The notes: a model not told the origin generated them from the letters alone. DNA of 64,000 nt from an uncultured Megasphaera sp. (GCA_964507845.1 CAZDQW010000001.1:76702-140701), one strand, 5' to 3'. Numbered from the stretch's first letter, positions 1 to 9,291 are shown. Numbers and translations are program-made.

Positions 1-1006
1 GAAGGTAAAGAATTTCGCCGCGCTTCAAGGCCCGCATATCCAGTTTACGCCCGTTGACAAGCAAATCATAGGCCTTTGCCACATACGTTGCCTGGCCGTC
101 AGATGCGGCGATCTTCTCGGCAATTTCCGAATCGCTGACAAAATTATCGACGCCGTAGCCGGCCAGGGCGCGCCTTACGTCGGCTGTGCTGAGGTCCTGC
201 CTGCGGTAGCCGTCAGGATAAATATAGTAGGATACGGTATGGTCCGGCGTGCTGTCGATAACAATGCGGTCATAATATACGATGACAGGCGTGCCGACAG
301 ATACGAGGGAATACAGTTCTTCCACATCTTCTTCAAGCATGCGGATACACCCGTTGGACACGTATTCGCCAATCGTCTCCGGCGCATTCGTGCCGTGGAT
401 TCCGTAGTTGCCGCTGAACCCGATCCACCGATAGCCCAGCGGGTTATCGGGACCGGTAGGGACGCGCTTTTCCATATCGTCAGGGTCAATCCATACGGGA
501 TCGATTTCTTTTGTCTGCACGGCATAAAATCCCGGCGGCGTCGGCGTTTCCGCCGTGCCGGCGCCGATCGGATAGATCCGCACCTTCCGGTTTCCTTCAT
601 ATACCATCAGCATCCGGCTGGCGACGTTGACGGCAATGCGCCGCTCACTGCCTGCAGCGGGCGTTTTCCCTCTTTCAGGTTTCAGGGGATCCGTTTTCTT
701 TATTTCCACCTGCGCCAGAGGAGGCGGCTTTACCGCCGTTTCCGACTTAATTTCCACCAATACTTTCGGCTCAGGTTCCGTTTTTTCGGTCTTGCTGCCG
801 GTTCGCTGCTCCTGCAGCGGCTCCAAGCGGCTATTATCCGCCGTTTTTTCTTCCGGCAGGTCTTCCCGGTTTTCTTTTTCAGGATGAGCTTCCGTCTTAA
901 CCGCCTGTGCATCGAAGGCGGAAGTAATCTGACTATCGCCGGCGGCCGGAACCGTCCCTGCAGCCAGCAGCCACGCACAAGCCAACGTAATGATCGATTT
1001 TATCAT
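1..1006 (-). CDS. L,D-transpeptidase (YkuD/ErfK family) with signal peptide; 3' end runs off the window
   Basis: Missing from the ORF track because there is no stop in the window. Manual translation from ATG at 1006 (RBS AAGGAG upstream) gives MIKSIITLACAWLLAAG..., a charged linker, then RRIAVNVASRML...YGIHGTNAPETIGEYVSNGCIRM, the HxX14-17-[S/T]xGC LDT motif. Frame is open to base 1. Confidence 0.92.
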   Translation of the reverse strand, partial: MIKSIITLACAWLLAAGTVPAAGDSQITSAFDAQAVKTEAHPEKENREDLPEEKTADNSRLEPLQEQRTGSKTEKTEPEPKVLVEIKSETAVKPPPLAQVEIKKTDPLKPERGKTPAAGSERRIAVNVASRMLMVYEGNRKVRIYPIGAGTAETPTPPGFYAVQTKEIDPVWIDPDDMEKRVPTGPDNPLGYRWIGFSGNYGIHGTNAPETIGEYVSNGCIRMLEEDVEELYSLVSVGTPVIVYYDRIVIDSTPDHTVSYYIYPDGYRRQDLSTADVRRALAGYGVDNFVSDSEIAEKIAASDGQATYVAKAYDLLVNGRKLDMRALKRGEILYL

Positions 1007-1037
1007 ATCCGCTCCTTCTGCATGAACAAAGCTTCGT

Positions 1038-2372
1038 TTAATCTTCCGTCAGCACGTCGTCCTGACCGTGTACTCCGTTAAACAGAACGTTCAGGAGGAC
1101 CGCCGTCAGGCTTCCCAAGGTAATGCCGCTTTGCAGGACGATTTTCGCCGCATCGGGAAAATGCTGGAAAAAATTCGGCGCCGTCAGGGGAATCATGCTC
1201 ATGCCGATGCTGATGGCAACCAGCATGAGATTGTAGTTCCCTTCAAAACGCACGCGCGATAAAGCGCGGACGCCGCTGGCAATAATCATTCCGAACATGG
1301 CAATGCCGGCGCCGCCGAGAACGGCGTTGGGAATACAGGCAACGATTGCCGCCATTTTGGGGAACAGTCCCAGCAAGATGAGGATAATCCCCGATGTGGC
1401 AACTACAAAGCGGCTTTTGACGCGGGTAACGGCGATAAGGCCTACGTTCTGCGCAAAAGCCGTATAAGGAAAGCTGTTTAAAATGCCGCCGATCAGCGTC
1501 GATAATCCATCGGCACGGAGACAGCGGGCCAGCCGCCCCCTGCCGATAGGCCGGTGAACGATTTCGCCGATGGCAATGCAGTCGCCTGTCGTTTCTACCA
1601 TGACGACAAGCATAACGATAATCATGGAAATGATAGATCCGACATTAAACGTCGGATAACCGAAAGAAAAGGGCGTAATTATGCCGATCCAGTCAGCACG
1701 GCCAACTTCGCTGAAATTCGCCGCGCCGAGGCAGATAGACAGAAGCGTGCCGAAAATCAAGCCGATGAGAACGGCGATGTTGCTGATAAATCCCTTGCAA
1801 TACCGGTAAACAGAAACAACGACGCACAACGTCACTGCTGCCAGAAAAAGGTTCATCGGATTGGCAAAATCAGGCGACGACGGATTGCCGCCGCCGATCC
1901 AGTTTACGGCAACCGGCAGGAGCGTGATGCCGATAATCATAATGATCGTCCCTGTCACGACAGGCGGAAACAGCCGGATAAGGCGGCTGAAATACGGCGC
2001 GACAAGAAAGGTAAATATGCCGGCAACGATAATGGAACCGTATATAGCCGTAATGCCGTATTCCGTCCCGATGAGTATCATCGGCGTAACCGATGCGAAT
2101 GTGACGCCCTGTATCATGGGAATGCGCGCGCCGACACGCCAGAAGCCGATAGTCTGGATCAGGGTGGCAATACCGCACGTAAATAAATCGGCGTTGATCA
2201 AATGGATCAGCTGTTCCGCCGTAAGCCCCAGGGCCTGGGAAATAATAATAGGCACGGCGACGGCGCCGGCATACATGGCCAGTACGTGCTGCAATCCGTA
2301 CGCAAATAAACGAGACAGCGGCATCATCTGGTCAACGGGATGGACCGCCGCTCTGGGAATGACATGTTTCAC
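1038..2372 (-). CDS. Nucleobase:cation symporter-2 (xanthine/uracil permease, PbuX/UraA family)
   Basis: GLQHVLAMY, NCS2 signature FPYTAFAQNVGLIAVTRV, many hydrophobic helices. GTG start at 2372 follows GAGGTG. Confidence 0.9.
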   Translation of the reverse strand: MKHVIPRAAVHPVDQMMPLSRLFAYGLQHVLAMYAGAVAVPIIISQALGLTAEQLIHLINADLFTCGIATLIQTIGFWRVGARIPMIQGVTFASVTPMILIGTEYGITAIYGSIIVAGIFTFLVAPYFSRLIRLFPPVVTGTIIMIIGITLLPVAVNWIGGGNPSSPDFANPMNLFLAAVTLCVVVSVYRYCKGFISNIAVLIGLIFGTLLSICLGAANFSEVGRADWIGIITPFSFGYPTFNVGSIISMIIVMLVVMVETTGDCIAIGEIVHRPIGRGRLARCLRADGLSTLIGGILNSFPYTAFAQNVGLIAVTRVKSRFVVATSGIILILLGLFPKMAAIVACIPNAVLGGAGIAMFGMIIASGVRALSRVRFEGNYNLMLVAISIGMSMIPLTAPNFFQHFPDAAKIVLQSGITLGSLTAVLLNVLFNGVHGQDDVLTED

Positions 2373-2399
2373 GATGTATTTCACCTCAATAAGCACTAT

Positions 2400-2445
2400 G
2401 AAAAAAAACAGACTGCGGTGAACTCCTTCATTCGCCACAGTCTGT
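2400..2445 (-). terminator. Intrinsic terminator after the LDH/MDH-family gene
   Basis: Minus-strand stem ACAGACTGTGG/CCGCAGTCTGT (contains a G-U pair that works only on the minus strand), followed by a U-tract. Confidence 0.75.
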
Positions 2446-2459
2446 CTGCGATGCGGAGA

Positions 2460-3413
2460 TTATAATCCTTCGGCACGTTCCAGGAAGGAACGGAGAATAT
2501 TGCAGGAATCGCGGAATTTTTCCCGTTCTTCTTCCGTCATCGCTACTTCTACAACGCCTTCCATGCCGTCTTTGCCGATGACGCACGGCACGCCGGCGGC
2601 AACATCCTGTTCGCCGTATTCGCCGAACAAAGCCGTCGAGCAGGGCCATACCAGCTTTTGGTCGTGGAAAATAGCCGAAATAATCATGCACGCAGCGTTG
2701 GCAATACCGAATTCCGTGCAGCCTTTGCCGTCGATTTCAATATCGCCGGCCCGTTTGACTTCAAGCTGGAGGGAATCCAAGTCCATATCGGCCAGTCTGG
2801 GATCATCAGCCATTGCCGCTGCCAGCGGTTTGCCGCCGATATATACCTGCGACCAGACGATGAAGCTCGAATTGCCGTGTTCGCCCATGCAGATGGCCTG
2901 AATGGAGCGGCGCGCACAGCCCGTGCGGTGGGACAGGACACGGAGCAGCCGGTACGTTTCAAGACTCGTACCGGTGCAGAAGCAGCGGTTCCGCTGCCAT
3001 CCCATTTGACGGCGGATGTATTCGCAGATAATATCGGCCGGGTTGGATATGCTGATCATAATGCCTTTAAAATCAACTTCCTTCAAATGGGAAATGACGT
3101 CTTTGGCCATGCGGATAGAATCATCGAACATATCGAGCCGCGTTTCACCCGGCTTGCGGCTGCGTCCGAAAGCCATGACCAGAATATCGGCGTCGTTTAG
3201 TTCTTCATATCCGCCGGCGCGAACCTGCGCGTCGCGTCCGCACAGGGAACCGCTGATCCCGTCGTCCAGGTCCATGGCCTGCCCTATGGCCTTATCCTGC
3301 AATATATCAATCAAAACGATATCATCGGCTTCACCGGACTGAATCAGCGCCAACGCGACGTGAGACCCTACATGGCCGGCGCCGACAATAACTACTTTAC
3401 GTGTTTTTACCAT
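2460..3413 (-). CDS. LDH/MDH-superfamily NAD-dependent 2-hydroxyacid dehydrogenase
   Basis: GAGHVG Rossmann motif, IDI (NAD), mobile loop GRSRKPGETRLDM, ISNPAD, GEHGNS catalytic His. Start moved to ATG 3413 after GAAGGAGG. Extended -10 TGCTATAAT upstream. Confidence 0.9.
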   Translation of the reverse strand: MVKTRKVVIVGAGHVGSHVALALIQSGEADDIVLIDILQDKAIGQAMDLDDGISGSLCGRDAQVRAGGYEELNDADILVMAFGRSRKPGETRLDMFDDSIRMAKDVISHLKEVDFKGIMISISNPADIICEYIRRQMGWQRNRCFCTGTSLETYRLLRVLSHRTGCARRSIQAICMGEHGNSSFIVWSQVYIGGKPLAAAMADDPRLADMDLDSLQLEVKRAGDIEIDGKGCTEFGIANAACMIISAIFHDQKLVWPCSTALFGEYGEQDVAAGVPCVIGKDGMEGVVEVAMTEEEREKFRDSCNILRSFLERAEGL

Positions 3414-3681
3414 AACATATCCTCCTTCAGCAGATACTGACCGCATCTACATATACATCAAATCTCATTTCATTATAGCATATACAAAGGGGAAAAAATG
3501 CTCCTTTTCTTAAATTTTTGTTTTTACTTTTTTTCATTCATTATCTGTCTGCATCTCTTCGCACAGCCGCATTATATTATTACCGCTTGCCGTATGGTTC
3601 GTAAATAATCCTGTTCCCGATATGTAGCGCCGAGCCTTTCCGCACAGGAAAATTCACACGATTTCCGACGTCGTGCAATAT

Positions 3682-3715
3682 AAAAGACGGGCAAAGGATT
3701 TCTTTGCCCGTCTTT
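3682..3715 (-). terminator. Intrinsic terminator after the desulfidase gene
   Basis: Perfect 14-bp stem AAAGACGGGCAAAG/CTTTGCCCGTCTTT. Confidence 0.8.
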
Positions 3716-3746
3716 GTCTGCATACAGATAAAGAGATGTTCATCTA

Positions 3747-5057
3747 TTATTGTCTGCCCTTATTTTTGTGAAGCATGATGTTTAAAATTTCATCGTCTGC
3801 TGCTTTCATGCCGCAGCAGGCAAGAGCGCCGACGTTGCGGATACATTCGTCGGCATCATCGGCTACAAGGCCGTCGCTGCCGCCGACGCGGACGCCGTCA
3901 AGAGCCAGAATCACGGAACGGAATGCCGATGAAACGGCTGTGACAACTTTCATGGAACAGCTGTTGGCCGCGCCGTCACAGACCATGCCGACGGCGTCGC
4001 CGGTCATGCTGCAGACGGCATGGCGAATCGTCCTGACGCTGTTTTCCCGGTCCAAAAGCCACGCCATGCCGGCGGCAGCTCCCATAGATGCCGTCAGGGC
4101 CGCGCACAGCGCCGATAATTTCGGCAGGAAAGCATGGGCGTAAATCGCCGTCATGTGAGATAACACCAAGGCGCGCAGCCGTTCTTCATCAGAAGCGTTC
4201 AGGTAATCCGCCACGACAACGACCGGTTCCGTCGCCGCAATTCCCTGGTTTCCCGAACCGGAATTCGTCACCGCCGGTAGCGGCGCTCCGCCCATGCGGG
4301 CATCTGATGCGGCAGCAGTCCGAATGATAACCTCGTTCATCAAATCACGGCCCACAATGCCTTTCTCTTGTTTTTTGCGCATTGCAGAACCGATAGCCAG
4401 TCCGTATTTTCTCGTCAAACCTTCCTTAGACAGGGCGTCGTTTACTTCTCCGGCCTGCTTCATGAAATCAATCGCTTCCAGCGGTACCTGTTCCGCAAAT
4501 TCGACAATTTCGCAGATAGACAGTTTTTGAAGAAACGCTTGCTTTTCTTCAAAGGCAGTATCTTCTCCCTGTTCGGCCCTGAATATACTATTGCCGTCTT
4601 TTTCAATCCGTACAACGTTCGTATGCGCATCGGCAATACAAACTTTGGCTGTATGATTTTTTCCTTTGACCAACGCTTCGGCATATAGGACATTCGGCAC
4701 TTCTCTAGCAATCTGTATCGTAACAAGGCCCATGTCCGCCATGCGTTTCCCCGCCTCAATGTGATCGGGAGAAATTCCGTTTAAAACCTGAAGACCCTTT
4801 GACGGATCTCCGCCCAAGGCTCCCACAGCGGCGGCAATATGCAGCCCGTGCCGTCCTGTACCGGGAACCATGACGCCCATGCCGTTTTTCATCAGATTCG
4901 CCGATACGCGGGCTTCGACAGACAATACAGGTTCGCCTAATTCACGGGCGGCCGAAGCTGCCGCAAAGGCCAGCGACACAGGTTCCGTACAGCCCGTTGC
5001 CGGAATAACGTCGCCTTTCATAATTTCAATCATTTTTTCCCATGTTGCAGTAATCAT
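3747..5057 (-). CDS. cyuA: L-cysteine desulfidase / serine dehydratase alpha-like (YhaM/CyuA family)
   Basis: PATGCTEP, DARMGG, NSGSGNQG and GMVCDGAANSCSMK motifs typical of YhaM/CyuA. Lies directly downstream of a YhaO-type permease. Confidence 0.82.
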   Translation of the reverse strand: MITATWEKMIEIMKGDVIPATGCTEPVSLAFAAASAARELGEPVLSVEARVSANLMKNGMGVMVPGTGRHGLHIAAAVGALGGDPSKGLQVLNGISPDHIEAGKRMADMGLVTIQIAREVPNVLYAEALVKGKNHTAKVCIADAHTNVVRIEKDGNSIFRAEQGEDTAFEEKQAFLQKLSICEIVEFAEQVPLEAIDFMKQAGEVNDALSKEGLTRKYGLAIGSAMRKKQEKGIVGRDLMNEVIIRTAAASDARMGGAPLPAVTNSGSGNQGIAATEPVVVVADYLNASDEERLRALVLSHMTAIYAHAFLPKLSALCAALTASMGAAAGMAWLLDRENSVRTIRHAVCSMTGDAVGMVCDGAANSCSMKVVTAVSSAFRSVILALDGVRVGGSDGLVADDADECIRNVGALACCGMKAADDEILNIMLHKNKGRQ

Positions 5058-5072
5058 ACGATGCACCTCATT

Positions 5073-6371
5073 TTACGAAAATGCTAAAAACGGAGAGATA
5101 ACCAGCAAAAAGCCGGTAAAAATAATAATCTTCAAACTAATACCCTTGTACTGATGCAGCATAGGTACCTGATATACCAGATACGCGGGAATCAGACATC
5201 CTACAAGGCCGAAAATCGGACTGCATATTGATGTAAAGCTGAGAACCGGGGCATTTAGTACAATCGCTCCCCATGACACCAGAACAGCAAAGATAAGAAT
5301 ACCGTATTTGACAGCGCCTTTATGAATGCGTTCATCAGGCATTACGCGGCGCAGACAGTTCAGTGCTATACCGTGGCAGGCTTCGCGGAATCCGAGAAAT
5401 ACGCTGAAGTACGCCGTCATAACAGCAAAGATATTTAGGATAAGACTCATAATACGGACGGAATTTCCTTCAAAACCCTGAGCTGCCATAGCCAGCGACG
5501 AAATATTTTTAGCGTAAGCTTCAACAGCCTGGTCGTGTCCCATAGCCAGGTTAAAGGAAATGGCATAAAAGAAAACGACGACGAAAAGGATGGCGAAAGC
5601 AATATTCATTGCCCGAAGCGCCTTGTAGCGGGCCGCTTCAATGGATTTATTATGAGCACGGTATGAAATAACCATAGGGCTGAGGCTTTGAATAAACAAA
5701 ATCGACGTAAGCGTAAAGGGAAGCATAATGATCGTCTGCTTGATGAGGTAATCAAAATCCGGAAGCGAACCGAAATTTGCAAAATCCCAATGCTGCACCA
5801 TGATGATGCCTAAAACAGCGATAACCCCTATTTTTGTCAGTACCATTCCCGTAGATAATTTGAACAGCAACTTTTCACCTCGTGAAGCAAGTGCTACTAA
5901 TATGCAGATAATAGCTAATCCATAAAGGGGATTTGACGAAAGAACTGTATCGGTCACTCCGAAGGTATGAAGGAAAGAGGCACTGTCGTTTGTAATGGCC
6001 GTCGAATAAACAAATACCCAAATAACCAACATGATAAAATACAAAATTCCCAGAAAAAACCCCCAGTTTTTTCCTAAATATCCGGCAATAATACTCGGAT
6101 AATCTTCTGCTTTTTCCGCAGCAGCCAGCGTATTGATAAACAGTTTCTGAAATAAATACATCGCCGGGTAACCGATAACGGAAGATAGTAAATAAATCCA
6201 AATACCGGCAATCCCGACCTGAACAGGCAGAAAGACGATGCCGGCGCCAATAGCCATGCCGATACTCATGATGACCCAGCCCCAGTCAGTGCTGTCGAAA
6301 GCAATCGCCTGCTTCCATTCCTCTTCCGTCATTCCTGCACGCTGCGCATGAGTCAATTTTTGTGTTGCCAT
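5073..6371 (-). CDS. cyuP: HAAAP-family amino acid permease (YhaO/CyuP type; cysteine/serine)
   Basis: N-terminus RAGMTEEEWKQAIAFDSTDWGWVIMSIGMAIGAGIVFLPVQVG resembles E. coli YhaO as recalled. About 11 TM helices. Confidence 0.82.
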   Translation of the reverse strand: MATQKLTHAQRAGMTEEEWKQAIAFDSTDWGWVIMSIGMAIGAGIVFLPVQVGIAGIWIYLLSSVIGYPAMYLFQKLFINTLAAAEKAEDYPSIIAGYLGKNWGFFLGILYFIMLVIWVFVYSTAITNDSASFLHTFGVTDTVLSSNPLYGLAIICILVALASRGEKLLFKLSTGMVLTKIGVIAVLGIIMVQHWDFANFGSLPDFDYLIKQTIIMLPFTLTSILFIQSLSPMVISYRAHNKSIEAARYKALRAMNIAFAILFVVVFFYAISFNLAMGHDQAVEAYAKNISSLAMAAQGFEGNSVRIMSLILNIFAVMTAYFSVFLGFREACHGIALNCLRRVMPDERIHKGAVKYGILIFAVLVSWGAIVLNAPVLSFTSICSPIFGLVGCLIPAYLVYQVPMLHQYKGISLKIIIFTGFLLVISPFLAFS

Positions 6372-6472
6372 AAAAAATTTCATCTCCTTTGTACTATTAT
6401 GGCGGCAATATAATGCCAACTATGAGTTGAATACCGGTATTGGCCCCTACTTCCATCCGATACATTTCTGTT

Positions 6473-7165
6473 TTATTCCGAAACGTTCGGTGCTTCTTCC
6501 CTGCGGATGCGCTGCAAATACCGATATACCGTCGGTTCTGAAACTTCCAGCGTATCGGCCAGTGCGGAAATACCTCCTTTCAGCAGAAACAGCCCATCGT
6601 CGTGTAAATCGTGGATTACTTGGATGCGCTCCTTCATGGACAGCCGTTTCGGCTCAGCGGGATATTCTGCAAGCCGTTTGTTAATCATATTTTCAATGGC
6701 ATCTCCGGCAGTCTTGTATAAATTTTCAAAGGCATCGGCGCGCTTTTCCTTGCCGTTTACCTGCGGAAGGAAGTCTTCCGCCGAAAGATTCATAAAGAAC
6801 GCCCTGTCCAAAACAGTTCTCGCGTCAATGTAAGGCTGCACATCGTAATTAAGACATAATACGCCGATAACGTCACCGCCGTCGTCCCGGATAAAATAAG
6901 AAGATGAGCGAAATAGATGTCCCGTACTTCCTTTGCCATGATAATTGGCCACATAAGGAACTTGACCGCTTTTTTCCTGCTGCAGCAGTTTCAGTACCAA
7001 ATCCGTCAGTGAACCGCCGATACGGCGGCCGCTCAAATGTCCGTTGGCAATGGCTATAATAGAATGTTCCGGGTCGCTTACATCATGTAACACAACTTCA
7101 CAATGTTCCCCTAATGCTTTACCCAAAAATTCCACTAAAAGAATATATGCATCTAATTTTCCCAT
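6473..7165 (-). CDS. YheO/DauR-like transcriptional regulator (PAS_6 + HTH_22)
   Basis: CEVVLHD...IIAIANGHLSGRRIGG...RSSSYFIRD...IGVLCLN; C-terminal GLFLLKGGISALADTLEVSEPTVYRYL. Confidence 0.9.
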   Translation of the reverse strand: MGKLDAYILLVEFLGKALGEHCEVVLHDVSDPEHSIIAIANGHLSGRRIGGSLTDLVLKLLQQEKSGQVPYVANYHGKGSTGHLFRSSSYFIRDDGGDVIGVLCLNYDVQPYIDARTVLDRAFFMNLSAEDFLPQVNGKEKRADAFENLYKTAGDAIENMINKRLAEYPAEPKRLSMKERIQVIHDLHDDGLFLLKGGISALADTLEVSEPTVYRYLQRIRREEAPNVSE

Positions 7166-7316
7166 TTTCTTCCCCTCCTTTCTTGATTTAATAAAATGTT
7201 ATCATCTTAATAATATTTTTTCAATGTCTTTTTGACAAGATATGCCGTTCATATAAAATCGGCAATTTCCGTCATAAATTCATGCATTTCCTGTATTTTT
7301 GTATTTCTAAAAAATA

Positions 7317-7360
7317 CAAAAATGACTGATGTTTGCATACACTCATTCAAAACATCAGTC
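7317..7360 (-). terminator. Terminator-like hairpin after the GGT gene
   Basis: 11-bp stem GACTGATGTTT/AAACATCAGTC with U-rich tail on the minus strand. Confidence 0.6.
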
Positions 7361-7469
7361 GCATAAATCTAATATTCACTTAAGTATTTTCAATATGCCG
7401 AAAAGCGTCTTTTGTGATTTTTATAACTATTTCAATGCCTATCAGGAATAAAAACTATGTATCATAGAG

Positions 7470-9089
7470 CTACCAAGCGGCAACAGTTCCGTCGGCTCGC
7501 GGCTCCGTCGCTCCCATTAATACGCCGTCTTCACTGCGCCAGATAATTTGCCCCCGTCCATAGGCCATAATATCAGAATTGACGACGACATCATGGCCTC
7601 TTGCTTTCAAACCGGCAATAATCTTTTCGCCGACAGCGGGCTCTACTTCTATGGTTTTTCCGCCTACCCACTGCCACCGCGGCGCATCAAGAGCAGCTTG
7701 CGGATTGAGGTGATAATCTATCGTGTTCATGAGTACCTGCATCTGTCCCTGCGGCTGCATAAATCCTCCCATGACGCCGAAGGGGCCTACAGGCTTTCCT
7801 TCTTTCGTAAGAAATCCCGGAATAATCGTATGATACGATCTTTTCCGCGGGCCTACGCAGTTATCGCTATCCCTGTCCATGCTGAAGTTGCTCCCGCGGT
7901 TGCTCAGGGAAATACCTCTTCCGGGAATGACGATGCCCGAACCGAACCCGTCGAAATTGCTCTGGATATACGACACCATATTTCCTTCTCCGTCAGCGGC
8001 GCATAAGTAAACGGTGCCGCCGTTATTGACATCGACCGGTTCAGGCATGACTGCTTCTTCTCCTATGACGGCCCGGCGTTTTTCAGCATATTCCGAAGAC
8101 AGCCAGTACGCTACGTCTGTTTTCATGCAGCGCATATCTGCAATATACTTCCGCCCGTCCGTAAAGGCCAGCTTCATGGATTCAATTTGGCGGTGGAACG
8201 ATTCGGCCGTATCCCGCCGGTCAAAGCGGAACCCGCCGGCAATATTCAGAGCCATCAGTACGACAAGTCCATGGCCGTTCGGCGGAATCTCCCATACGTC
8301 ATATCCCCGGTACGATGTATGAATAGGCTTTACCCATAACGGTTTATACCCGGCTAAATCGTTTTTCCGTATATAGCCGCCCGTTTTCCTGGACCACGCG
8401 TCAATATCGTCCGCCAGTCCGCCTTCATATAAATCCCGGCACGCACTGTCCCTGAGCAGGCGCAGCGACGCGGCGTGATCAGGAAGGCGCAGAATCTCTC
8501 CGGCCTTTGCCGGCCGTCCCTGCGGGAAAAAAGTCGGAAAAAGTCCGGAGAATGCCTCATCTTGCCGATACGGCGCAAAACTTTTCCAACTTTCCGCCAG
8601 CATCGCCGCCACGCACGGCGTGACGGCATACCCGTCTTCCGCATAAGAAACAGCCGGTTCAAACAGCTCTCCGAAAGGTAATTTTCCAAACCGCTCATGT
8701 ATTTCCGCCCATGACGCCGCCGCTCCCGGAACCATGACGGGCGCCCAGCCGCGGTGAGGAACGGCGCTGCAGCCCCATTCATGAAGCGCCTCCCACGTCA
8801 GCCCCTGCGGAGACCATCCGCTGCCGTTCAGCCCGTATAACTTGTCCTTCATCCATATCAAGGCAAAGGCGTCGCTGCCTAAACCGTTGCTTGTCGGTTC
8901 CAGCACTGTCAGGCTGATAGCCGCCGCCAACGCCGCATCGACCGCATTGCCTCCTTTCTTGAGCATATCAAGCCCTGCCTGCGCCGCCAGACTTTGAGAC
9001 GTGCATATCATGCCGCGGCGGCCGTAAACAACTTCCCGCCGTGAAGGATACGGATACTGGAGCGCATCAACCTGCATATTCATTTTCAT
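7470..9089 (-). CDS. ggt: Gamma-glutamyltransferase family Ntn-hydrolase (cytoplasmic YwrD type)
   Basis: GGNAVDAA, EPTSNGLGSDAF, autoprocessing site GG|TVYLCAAD, SYIQSN, GPFGVMGGFMQPQG. No signal peptide. Confidence 0.9.
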   Translation of the reverse strand: MKMNMQVDALQYPYPSRREVVYGRRGMICTSQSLAAQAGLDMLKKGGNAVDAALAAAISLTVLEPTSNGLGSDAFALIWMKDKLYGLNGSGWSPQGLTWEALHEWGCSAVPHRGWAPVMVPGAAASWAEIHERFGKLPFGELFEPAVSYAEDGYAVTPCVAAMLAESWKSFAPYRQDEAFSGLFPTFFPQGRPAKAGEILRLPDHAASLRLLRDSACRDLYEGGLADDIDAWSRKTGGYIRKNDLAGYKPLWVKPIHTSYRGYDVWEIPPNGHGLVVLMALNIAGGFRFDRRDTAESFHRQIESMKLAFTDGRKYIADMRCMKTDVAYWLSSEYAEKRRAVIGEEAVMPEPVDVNNGGTVYLCAADGEGNMVSYIQSNFDGFGSGIVIPGRGISLSNRGSNFSMDRDSDNCVGPRKRSYHTIIPGFLTKEGKPVGPFGVMGGFMQPQGQMQVLMNTIDYHLNPQAALDAPRWQWVGGKTIEVEPAVGEKIIAGLKARGHDVVVNSDIMAYGRGQIIWRSEDGVLMGATEPRADGTVAAW

Positions 9090-9291
9090 GCCTCCCCTGC
9101 AATTGTTTTTCTTACTATATCATAGTTTATTCCAGAGGAACAGCCGTTTTATGTAAAAACAGTTTTGCGGCTATTTTTTACAAATCCAAAATATCCATCT
9201 TCACTTACGGCGCATTTACCGCTATAATAATAAACACTGCAAAAATACCGATATATGGTTATACGTCTATTCATCGTAAGGAGATACAGCA

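Noticed and set aside
239-1081. 280-aa plus-strand ORF and other long overlapping ORFs in the track (e.g. 1554-2186, 25508-26080, 30713-31321, 63105-63803)
   Set aside because: They are antisense shadows of well-supported genes, with no RBS or recognisable motifs.
2365-2380. TGTTTCACG resembling parS
   Set aside because: Only a half-site; the second half (ATGTATT) is not palindromic, and it overlaps the permease start.
2372-2460. Purine riboswitch expected upstream of a xanthine/uracil permease
   Set aside because: No TATAA..ATATGG..TTTCTACC core; the space is filled by a terminator.
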